The notes under the pieces were generated by a model. That model worked only from the letters and a program-made list of their open reading frames with translations, ran no database searches and was not told the origin of the DNA. Both the position numbers and the translations under genes were made by a program. Shown here one piece after another: positions 1 to 9,068 of a stretch of 64,000 bases of DNA. The stretch is from Octopus vulgaris (Eukaryota), in assembly GCA_951406725.2 (NCBI GenBank), contig OX597816.1, positions 129,580,001 through 129,644,000 of the forward strand, given 5' to 3'. The stretch's first letter is position 1. Each line of letters starts with the position of its first letter.

Positions 1-516
1 TTATGAACAAAATTTTAATGTTACACTTAGTCAAATTACAAATGATCGGGAAAAGTGCTGGTGATCTTAACACAGATAAAGCAAAATAAATTATTTACAA
101 GTTAGAAATATTTTAAACATGAGTGCCAGTTCTGTTTTACCACTCGTAAATCTTGCCAGCCGAATAAACAACCGCAGGGAATCAATAATTAATAACGTAT
201 TCACAAATACGTTTTCCTCTAGAATACTTAATTCCAGTATTTCATTTCTTTCATTTATGTTGACTATACTGAATGAGACTCGAGGGGATTTGTAGTAAAT
301 ACGCTTATGGGATAATAAATGAAACTACACAAATAAAACTAAAGAAATATTTTGTAAACATTAAGGATATTTAAAAAGATATGAGTAGTCATCAAATTTG
401 ATATACAGTATTTCGTTTTGGGATTTGGTTTGCACGATTCTTTATTTGAGTTCGTGTGTTGAAGCATATATATATATATATATATATCGGAAGGTTTGGA
501 GATGATGTACAGGTAT

Positions 517-734
517 TATATATTAGAAAAATTGAGGTAATCAGATCAGATGGTTCATATTTGTAGATATTTATTTATATATTACATTTTTTTTACATAT
601 ATATCATATCATTCGGATTAGCGCTTGCTCCCATTCTAGTGGGTTTTCAAATCAAATCAGTTGTGGGTAGTTTGAACCTTTTTATAGTTTCGTAGTAGTA
701 GGTGAGGAGGAAGTGAGACAGAGAGAAAATATGT

Positions 735-786
<52 letters not shown>

Positions 787-943
787 ATTTATATCTGAGA
801 GTGAAGAAGTGTTATTTCCGTTGGTCTGCTGGACCCCCTGTGGTTTTATAAGAACTTTGGCTGTCCATTTCAATGTCACTGAGTGTGTGTTGTGCATAGG
901 TTGGCCTGGCAAATGTCATTTGGGGTCACACTTTCTATGATCA
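517..943 (-). repeat. 3' pseudo-LTR of the PLE (left arm of the inverted repeat)
   Basis: Reverse complement of 4933-5357; the differences I could see are a T8 versus T6 run and one substitution in the (TG)n tract. Confidence 0.92.
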
Positions 944-990
944 TTCTGTGGAGGTGTGTGTGTGTGTGTGTCTCTGTGTGTCTGTGTGTG

Positions 991-1034
<44 letters not shown>

Positions 1035-1548
1035 TGTGTGTGTCTGTGTGTTTGGAGAAGGGGAGAGAGACACAAAAAGAGAAAAGGGAAAATAAAAATA
1101 ATAATAATAAAAATAAAAAATTAAAAAATTAAAAAAATAAAATAAAAACAAAAAATAAAAAATAAAATAAAAAAATATAAAGAATAAATAAAAATATAAA
1201 GAATAAAAAATAAAAAAATAAAAATAAAAATAAAAATAAAAATAAGGGAGGAAGTGGAGAAGAAAAAATATTTTTGTGTGTTGATATTTATACCAACACA
1301 TATATATACACACACACAGACTTATACATAAAATATTTGAAAAAACCTTTTTATCGGTTCAAAATGAACAACCAAATTATACCATCTTGAAAGTTGTATG
1401 TCATAGGAAAGTTAAAATTAAAGTGACAATTAAAGGGTAAAGATGGAAGTGAATTATAAAGATAATAATATAATATGATGTATATAACAGGCAATACACA
1501 CATCTACACACACACAGATTTTTCCTTCAATGTATGTTGAGTAAAGTT

Positions 1549-3861
1549 TCAGCCATTTAATTTGGGGGAGAACTTAGCTATGAAATGTTTTTCCATATTC
1601 CTCCTGAAGGGGGTGTCATTCTTCGGACACTTGTAGAAGGGAAATATCTTAAATTTTCCCTCTCCACATGTAGCTAGGTGTGTGCTTAGTGGTATTTTGC
1701 GTAGTTCTTCCTGCCGAATATGTTGTCGGTGGATCCTGGCTCGCTGGCACAAAGAATTACCAGTTTCTCCTACGTAATTCTCCTTGCATGTGGGGCAGGT
1801 TATGCAGTATATGACGTTCTGCGTCTTGCAGTTCATATCTGCATTTACTTTGAATATGACACCATTTTTAAATCTTATCTCTCTGTTGCTCTCTATGTAT
1901 TTGTAGGTGGGGTTGCTGCAGGTCCCACATCTGCCATCTCCGCACTCTTTTGCAAAGAATTCCGTTTTAGTTTCTGAAGAGAATTTCGCTCTTGTTAGGT
2001 GTTTTTTTAGGTTTTTGTCCTGTCGTCTACTGTTTTTTATGCTATATTTGTTTAATATGTTTTTCATTTTGGGGCTCTGTAAGGCTATTGGTAGGTTTGA
2101 ATGTATGGTTTGGAAGATGTTGGTAACTCCAGGGTTGTGTGTGTTTATAAAAGGGATAGTGTTTTCTTTGTTTTTTGTTTTGGGTGTCCTGAGTTGTGTG
2201 ATGTCTAGTTTTAATGCTCTTGTGATTCCATTTTCTATTAGTTTAAGGGGGTATTTTTGCTCTAGGAGGAAGCTTTTGAGTTCATCTAGTCTTATTAATC
2301 GTATTTGTGAATCAGTTACTATGCTACATATTCGTCGTGCCATACTATATGGGATGTTTCTTTTTGTGTGGGATGGGTGGCAGGAGTGGAAATTTAAGTA
2401 TTGATGTGTGTCAGTTTTTTTGTAGTGGATGTCTGTTGTGACGATGGAGTTGTGTATTTTGATGTTGATGTCTAGGAAGGGAAGTTCGTTGTGGCTGGTA
2501 TCTATTGTGAAATTGATAGATGGGTGCAGCGTATTGAGGATGTTGTGGAATGTTTGTAGGTCCTCTTCTGATCTGTTCCAAAAGATGAAACAGTCATCGA
2601 GGTAGCGTTTCCACTTTTTCTTGATGTCTTCTCTGAAGTCGTGTTCGAAGACTTTCCCTATTTCGTCATATAGTTTTTTCTCCAGGAAGCCCATCACTAG
2701 GTTGGCATATGAAGGTGCGAATTTTGTACCCATAGCCGTGCCTTTTATCTGTCGGTATGTCTTGTTGTTGAATGAGAATGTGTTTTCTTCTAGTATTAGT
2801 TGGGTGGCTTGGGTGATAAAGTTTGTCTTGAAGCGTTCATCTATAAGTTCTCTGTATTTTTCTATTGATTGTTTTATAGCTTCTAGACCTAGGGTGTGTG
2901 GTATGTTTGTGTATAGATTTGTGACATCAAAGCTTGCAAGTATGGTGTTTTTCGGGACTGTATTTGGAATGTGTGTGAGGAAGTCTATGTCATCCCTTAT
3001 GTAGCTTGGAATCTGTGGGCATAGAGGTTTGAGGAGTATATCTATGAAGTGGCTTAGTTGTTGTGTTGGTGCCTGGGGTCCTGCCACTATTGGTCTCATC
3101 GTGAGGTCTGCAGGTCTTTGTACTCTTATGTAGTGGTTCCTCTGTTCCTTTATGGCTCTCTGTATTTCCGAGCTTTTATGAATTTTAGGTAATCCATAAA
3201 AGTTGCTTTCTTTGGTTTGTGAGTTGCATAGATAATCTTCCTCCTTATCTGTAAAGGAGTCCTGATATTCATTGACTAAAGTTCTAATTTTTCTTATTGT
3301 TGTTTTCTCCGGTGGTGTTGGTTCCTCTTTGTAATATGTCTGGTTGTTCAGTAACTCTAGTATCTTTTCTTTGTAGTAATCTGTGTCCATAATTACTATT
3401 GCTCCACCTTTGTCAGCTTCTTTTATAACGATTGATTTGTCATTTTTCAGTTTTTGTAGGGCTTGCTTTTCTTCTCTGCGGAGATTCTGTTTGCATTTGT
3501 GTGTGTGAAGAGGGAATTTGGATATTGTTTCTATGTACGTGTCAAGGTGTTTGTCACTTCCCTTGTAAGGGGTGAAGTGGGATTTTTTTCTTATGATTGA
3601 GTTATCTTCTGTTTCTTTATTTTCAAAGAATTCCATAAGGCGGAGGTAGCGGCTGAAGTTATCTATGTCAGTTTTTAGTTCTATGAGGTTTGGAGTGGGT
3701 GTAGGTGTAAATTTGAGGCCTTTTAGTAGTAGGTTCATTTCATATTCGTCAAGTTCTCTTTTAGATAAGTTTATTATTTTGGGGTCTATGTGTTTTGGGA
3801 GTTCATCCGGAATTTTTGGTGTATTGGGTCTGGAGTATGGTTGAAGTATCCTCTCCCTAAA
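1549..3861 (-). CDS. PLE ORF2: reverse transcriptase + C-terminal GIY-YIG endonuclease. First ATG at 3738, but the frame is open up to a stop at 3877-3879.
   Basis: Motifs IINLS..L...E..LL.KGLKFTPTP (partly upstream of the ATG), ADKGG, YGLPKIHK..RPIV, SFDVTNLYT, QIKGTAMG, RYLDD, linker CGDGRCGTC, VIYCITCPTC..YVGET..R..H..H (CCHH). No internal stops. Confidence 0.95.
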   Translation of the reverse strand, partial: FRERILQPYSRPNTPKIPDELPKHIDPKIINLSKRELDEYEMNLLLKGLKFTPTPTPNLIELKTDIDNFSRYLRLMEFFENKETEDNSIIRKKSHFTPYKGSDKHLDTYIETISKFPLHTHKCKQNLRREEKQALQKLKNDKSIVIKEADKGGAIVIMDTDYYKEKILELLNNQTYYKEEPTPPEKTTIRKIRTLVNEYQDSFTDKEEDYLCNSQTKESNFYGLPKIHKSSEIQRAIKEQRNHYIRVQRPADLTMRPIVAGPQAPTQQLSHFIDILLKPLCPQIPSYIRDDIDFLTHIPNTVPKNTILASFDVTNLYTNIPHTLGLEAIKQSIEKYRELIDERFKTNFITQATQLILEENTFSFNNKTYRQIKGTAMGTKFAPSYANLVMGFLEKKLYDEIGKVFEHDFREDIKKKWKRYLDDCFIFWNRSEEDLQTFHNILNTLHPSINFTIDTSHNELPFLDINIKIHNSIVTTDIHYKKTDTHQYLNFHSCHPSHTKRNIPYSMARRICSIVTDSQIRLIRLDELKSFLLEQKYPLKLIENGITRALKLDITQLRTPKTKNKENTIPFINTHNPGVTNIFQTIHSNLPIALQSPKMKNILNKYSIKNSRRQDKNLKKHLTRAKFSSETKTEFFAKECGDGRCGTCSNPTYKYIESNREIRFKNGVIFKVNADMNCKTQNVIYCITCPTCKENYVGETGNSLCQRARIHRQHIRQEELRKIPLSTHLATCGEGKFKIFPFYKCPKNDTPFRRNMEKHFIAKFSPKLNG

Positions 3862-4935
3862 AAATGGGTTGTGTTGTTACGTCTCCAAATTCCATTTTCA
3901 GTTCTTAGGTTTTCTTGTAGTTGGGGTGGTCTGTGTGGTCTGTATGTGTTGTTTTGTCTTTGGTAGTTGTTTTCTTCCCATCTTCTGTGTTGGTTGAGCC
4001 AATATTTATTACTGGGGTTCAGGTTTCTTTGTGGGTAGGTGGATGGTTCATGTATTGTGTTTGTATTGTATTGATAGTGGGAGTTGTTTTTTATCCATCT
4101 TGGAAATTTGTGGGGTTGCATGGGGTTGGTGTTTGTGTGGTTTCGATTTCCTTGATGTTTGTTGTGGGTTATGTGTTGGTTTCTATCCATTTGTATATTG
4201 TTCCATGTGTGTGTCCCTTTAGGGTGTCCAGTGTTATGTGTTGGTGGTTGTTCATATTCTATTTGTTCTCTCCAAGTGTTATAGGTTGTTGGTTGTATGT
4301 ATTGTGCTCGTCTTGCTGTTGGTGTGTTTGTTTTTGTGGGGTTTTGGGTTGATGGTTGTCTTTCATATTTTGTGTATCTGTTAATTGGGGGGTTCGGCAG
4401 TGTAAGGAGCGGGATTTTGGTTTGTGTTTGGTAGGGCTTATTTTGATGTCTCGGAGTCCAGTATGTTTGTGGTGTTAGTTTGTTGTATCTATTCATTTGT
4501 TTTGGTAGTTTTTTTGTCTTCATAATTGATTCTTCACCATAGTTCTTTTCATAGTTTAAAAACCACTCATGTTGTTTGGTCCACATAAATCTGGATCTTT
4601 CCTCCTCTCGTTCGGTATCCTCTTTCCATAATTGTTGTAGTTTTTCTTTGTTTTGGTTATTGTTCCTTTCTGTTATCTCGGCCATTATGACGGTATCGAT
4701 TGTTTTAATCTTATCTTCCTGGTGTGTGCTTCGTGTTTGTAGAAGGGAAATTTCCGTTTCTAGTCGGCAGAGGGCTAGGTTTGCACGTATTGTTGTTTCT
4801 TCTAGTGTTTCACCCCTTATTTCTTTGATAAGAAATTTTCTAGGGAGTATTGGGTTCTTCAAGTCCCGCCAGTTTTGATATATGTTGGCTATGTTCTTAC
4901 AGCGTATGTTTTTCCAATGAGCATATTTGCGTTGA
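3786..4935 (-). CDS. PLE ORF1 (5'-truncated): helical/coiled-coil N-terminal part plus Q/N/T/H/P-rich low-complexity C-terminal part
   Basis: 358-aa ORF in the track. The frame stays open upstream (QRKYAHWKNIRCKNIANIYQNWRDLK) as far as the inverted-repeat junction. It lies inside the element boundaries and shares the A-rich sense-strand bias of ORF2. Confidence 0.75.
3855..3864 (-). promoter_or_regulatory. Candidate -1 ribosomal frameshift slippery site U_UUU_UUA followed by GGG
   Basis: Minus strand reads CAT TTT TTA GGG AGA in the ORF1 frame. The -1 frame (FFRERILQ...) runs without a stop into the RT ORF. Confidence 0.65.
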
Positions 4936-5103
4936 TCATAGAAAGTGTGACCCCAAATGACATTTGCCAGGCCAACCTATGCACAACACACACTCAGTGA
5001 CATTGAAATGGACAGCCAAAGTTCTTATAAAACCACAGGGGGTCCAGCAGACCAACGGAAATAACACTTCTTCACTCTCAGATATAAATGCGCACACACA
5101 CAC

Positions 5104-5141
<38 letters not shown>

Positions 5142-5343
5142 ACATATTTTCTCTCTGTCTCACTTCCTCCTCACCTACTACTACGAAACTATAAAAAGGT
5201 TCAAACTACCCACAACTGATTTGATTTGAAAACCCACTAGAATGGGAGCAAGCGCTAATCCGAATGATATGATATATATGTAAAAAATGTAATATATAAA
5301 TAAATATCTACAAATATGAACCATCTGATCTGATTACCTCAAT

Positions 5344-5357
<14 letters not shown>
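4933..5357 (+). repeat. Inverted 5' pseudo-LTR copy of the PLE
   Basis: Reverse complement of 517-943; produces the duplicated spurious 75/76-aa ORFs in the track. Confidence 0.92.
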
Positions 5358-5373
<16 letters not shown>

Positions 5374-5374
<1 letters not shown>

Positions 5375-5628
5375 CATAGTTTAACGTCCGCTTTCCATGC
5401 TAGCATCGGTTGGACGATTTGACTGAGGACTGGCGAACCAGATGGCTGCACCAGGCTCCAGTCTAATCTGGCAGAGTTTCTACAGCTGGATGCCCTTCCT
5501 AACGCCAACCATTCCGACAGTGTAGTGGGTGCTTTTACATGCCCACTACACTCTCGGAGTGGCTGGCTTTAGGGAGGGCATCCAGCTGTAGGAACACTAC
5601 CAGATCAGACAGGATCCTGGTGCAGTCA
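5374..5628. repeat. Abundant interspersed repeat resembling an RTE LINE 3' end or an RTE-mobilised SINE; here two partial copies in inverted orientation
   Basis: TTTAACGTCCGCTTTCCATGCTAGCAT.GGTTGGACG...GGATGCCCTTCCTAA.GCCAACCA recurs many times, e.g. near 9620, 11760-11910, 12725, 15495, 27140-27280, 30920, 36060, 39460-39620, 46950, 53310, 54220, 55790-55900 and 60600. It usually abuts (ATC)n and in places runs into RTE coding remnants. Confidence 0.8.
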
Positions 5629-5665
<37 letters not shown>

Positions 5666-6368
5666 GTATTGCAAATGCATTAAAACTCTTTAGCATTCAG
5701 ATTGCTCTTTTAAATGTAATGCTTATTCATTTGCCGTGTTTTGAATTGATCATGCATTATTTCAAAGCTTTGAGATTTCGATAATATGATCATTTATTTT
5801 TAATATGATATGGTAGAATAGGTGTTAGAGGCCAGATTAGGCTAGTTTGAACAGAAAACAAGTAGAATATTTTGGCAAGATACAGCAGGTTTAAATACTA
5901 ATGGGCTAAACATCTAGAAAAGGCTAAAAGTTCATACTATGAATTATTTTACAGTTTCATTAATAATCTTTGGTTTTATCAATGTAGTTTTATTAGATGA
6001 TGGCAGTTTCTTTGAGTCTGAAGATGAAGAGGGAGAGTAGCATACCTTCAAATGGTTATGTAAACCAATTCTTGACACTGCAGGGCTTTTCTTCCTCTCT
6101 GCACTTAGTAGCTTTAAAGTGAGAATCAGTCTATACAATCCAATCTCACGCTTTAGACTTAGAGGTCTGACCACTCTGACTCAGTAGGCTAACACAGCTG
6201 CAGTGACCAGCAAGCAGTAGGTTTTACATTGAAGTGACCTTCTCCAAGATGAATTGCCTTACAGGGCTTAAGGGCTACATCTACCCTGATGTTGCCAGAA
6301 GGATATCAAAGAGAACACCAGACCATCTGAGGAACTTCATAGTCTCATTTAGTTTAGTTATATGCTGC

Positions 6369-6438
6369 TGTCTGGTGGATCAAATATATTCCCAATGTGG
6401 CTAACACCACATTGGGAATATATTTGATCCATCAGACA
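6369..6438. repeat. Near-perfect 32-bp hairpin with a 6-nt loop
   Basis: TGTCTGGTGGATCAAATATATTCCCAATGTGG-CTAACA-CCACATTGGGAATATATTTGATCCATCAGACA, with one G-T pair. Confidence 0.9.
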
Positions 6439-7089
6439 AGCAAAAATTTAGCTTTTATCTCAATAAAATAGAGGAAGTCATTCAAACATTGAAGACTGCA
6501 GCTATTACCCTTGTCATTTGTTAAATGTAATGTAAATAAGCTTTCACTGACACCAGCATAGAATTAGAGATATCAACTATAATCAAATCTAAAACAAAAG
6601 ATACTCCACAAATAGATGGTATAAATTGAAAAATAGCTATGGCTACAAAGGCCTACATGAAGAATCTTCAAAGGCTGGAAAAGACTATCTTTAGGTCCTA
6701 GGAAGGGAACTCCCTATGAAATTGAGGATTTAATTGAAGACCTTAAATCTTGAATTAAGTTTTGCAATTAAGATAATGGTAAAGCATGAAATTTTTAAAG
6801 TTGTAATTTTTCCTTCTTTGTTCATATTTTATCATAACCACATATTTTTCAAACAGTTTTTGTGTATGATTAATGAAAATGTAAATGAATGTGATAGCTA
6901 ATCTATCTATCAGAATATGAAATAATAAACTATTTTAATGTTTTATTCCTTGTGCACTAGAATGATCAGATAAACCGAATCAGTTAACAAATGAGCTGTT
7001 CTTGTTTCTTTGTTTTTCATTTTTTTTATCTGAAAAATTTCCGATAACCCTATCAAAATCAGTTTCTTTGTCAATATATACTCTCTCTC

Positions 7090-7307
7090 TTTTGCTCTCT
7101 TTTACTAGTTTCAGTCATTTGACTGCAGCCATGCTGGAGCACCGCCTTTTAATCGAGCAACTCGACCCCAGGACTTATTCTTTTGTAAGCCCAGTACTTA
7201 TTCTATCAGTCTCTTTTGCCGAACCGCTAAGTAACGGGGACATAAACACACCAGCATCGGTTGTCAAGCAATGCTAGGGGACAAACACAGACACACAAAC
7301 ACACACA

Positions 7308-7359
<52 letters not shown>

Positions 7360-7527
7360 TACGACGGGCTTCTTTCAGTTTCCGTCTACCAAATCCACTC
7401 ACAAGGCTTTGGTCGGCCCGAGGCTATAGTAGAAGACACTTGCCCAAGGTGCCACGCAGTGGGACTGAACCCGGAACCATGTGGTTGGTAAACAAGCTAC
7501 TTACCACACAGCCACTCCTGCGCCTAT
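7090..7527 (-). mobile_element. tRNA-derived SINE with a CORE-like segment and an internal (CA)/(TA) microsatellite
   Basis: Minus-strand head GGAGTGGCTGTGTGGTAAG...GGTTCAGTCCC (A/B-box-like) followed by CACCTTGGGCAAGTGTCTT. A near full-length homolog is at 63155-63552 (+); partial copies near 8500, 35880, 36980 and 39930. Confidence 0.85.
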
Positions 7528-9031
7528 ATTATTCAATATTCAGTATAACTAGATCAAAATGTCAGGTTTCAGGTATGGTAGACCTGAAGTAGTTGGGCTT
7601 CTAAAAGATTATTCTGATGATGCTACTGTAAATGAAATTGCCAACAATATTCTCAAACAAAAATATTTAGAAATATTTCAGTTTGTAATGGTCGGGTTCT
7701 CATTTTCTAAAATTTGCTTTATATATTCTTGATGCATTTCTGTTGGAAAATTTTTGTTATTAAAGACAGTAGGATTTAATGTATTAACTTCCACTTTCAT
7801 TTAACATTCTTCTAGTTTACTTTCAGATATTGTGAGGTATTTTCACAAGAAGCCAAAATTTTCAGCAAACTACTTAAGAGCATTAAAATACAGAGTTAAT
7901 CCTACAATATCATTATACAAAACATAAAACACAGATTTTCTGACATAAGATGAAACATTAATACTCAAACCAAGCACTTTGAGTTCTTTATTCTAAGTAG
8001 CCTAAAAATATTTCTAATATCTCACAGCGATAAAATACAAATCACATAAACAGAAAAGAAACACACACACACATACACACAGTGTATGTTTTGCAATTAT
8101 GTACAGTTGCTTCATAAATATACTAGGCTTACATACAAGGTTTATTGCAATATATATATAAGACAAGGAAGAAAATGGAGAAGATAATCAATTGATAAAC
8201 ATCAGCTAGAGTGAATATAACTCTACTCTTACAGCTGTTTCTACTTTGGGGGTCCATCATGCCAAAACTGTACAAAGACTGTACCAAAGACTGTATAAAA
8301 ATTGAACAAATATATATGTCTATGTGTCTGTATGTGTGTGTGTGCATATGTATATATATATATATGTGTGGAGTATAAAAAAAGAGATTAGCTGGTTATT
8401 TCTCAGGGATTGCTTAAGTGATGTAGACACCTCTGATGAGAAACCAATAGGGTTCAAAAACCAATTGAAGCTGTTCATCCCTTTTTTCAGTATATACTAT
8501 TTTACTTGTTTCAGTCATTTGACTGCAGCCATGCTGGAGCACCGCCTTAAGTCGAGCAACTCGACCCCGGGACTTATTCTTTTGTAAGCCCAGTACTTAT
8601 TCTATCGGTCTCTTTTGCCGAACCGCTATTATATATATAATAACAAATTAATAAATAAAACATATGCATATATACATACATATATGTACATACCTACATC
8701 TATATGTATATATACATGCATATATATGGGTACAGGACACCAAAACAACGTCGAACACAATGAGAAACGTAAACATAAACACAAAACCAAGGAAATGGAC
8801 ATTTTTTTTAAACAACGAAAAAATAGAGTACAAGACATACAACAAGGAAAATTCCCCTTCTTCAGCCACCTCTGTTTCATCTATTCCGCGTTTCGAAGGT
8901 AAAGGCGAGACACGACTTCATTGAAACAATCCTTCCCGCAAAAGCAGATAAAATTAAATTTGCGATTTTTTGGCGGAGGGGTAAAAATGGTAACAAAAAC
9001 AGGACAGTAAAGACAGTACAAAATATAAACA

Positions 9032-9068
<37 letters not shown>

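Larger units (their letters stand above)
488..5357 (-). mobile_element. Penelope-like retroelement (endonuclease-positive, Neptune-like), 5'-truncated with an inverted 5' pseudo-LTR, inserted in a (TA)n microsatellite
   Basis: Contains an RT + GIY-YIG ORF and an upstream ORF. Near-identical inverted repeats at 517-943 and 4933-5357. (TA)n runs on both sides (467-487 and about 5352-5373). Confidence 0.93.

Noticed and set aside
640-665. CTGATTTGATTTGAAAA in the pseudo-LTR as a hammerhead core
   Set aside because: Not CUGANGA, no stem II, and no NUH with a pairing stem I.
682-1315. Short ORFs with CVCVCV, THTHTH or poly-F/Y/I (and their copies at 4936-5194)
   Set aside because: Translations of (TG)n and A-rich tracts in the PLE 3' UTR; duplicated only because of the inverted repeat.
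1720-4878. Plus-strand ORFs antisense to the PLE
   Set aside because: Shadow frames of a compositionally biased coding strand, with no motifs.
8845-8900. Minus-strand CCTTC-GAAACGCGGA...CTGAAGA-AGGGG as a permuted (type II) hammerhead
   Set aside because: The cleavage triplet is GGA, not NUH, and no stem I hairpin forms; kept only as a TA-flanked repeat of unknown type.
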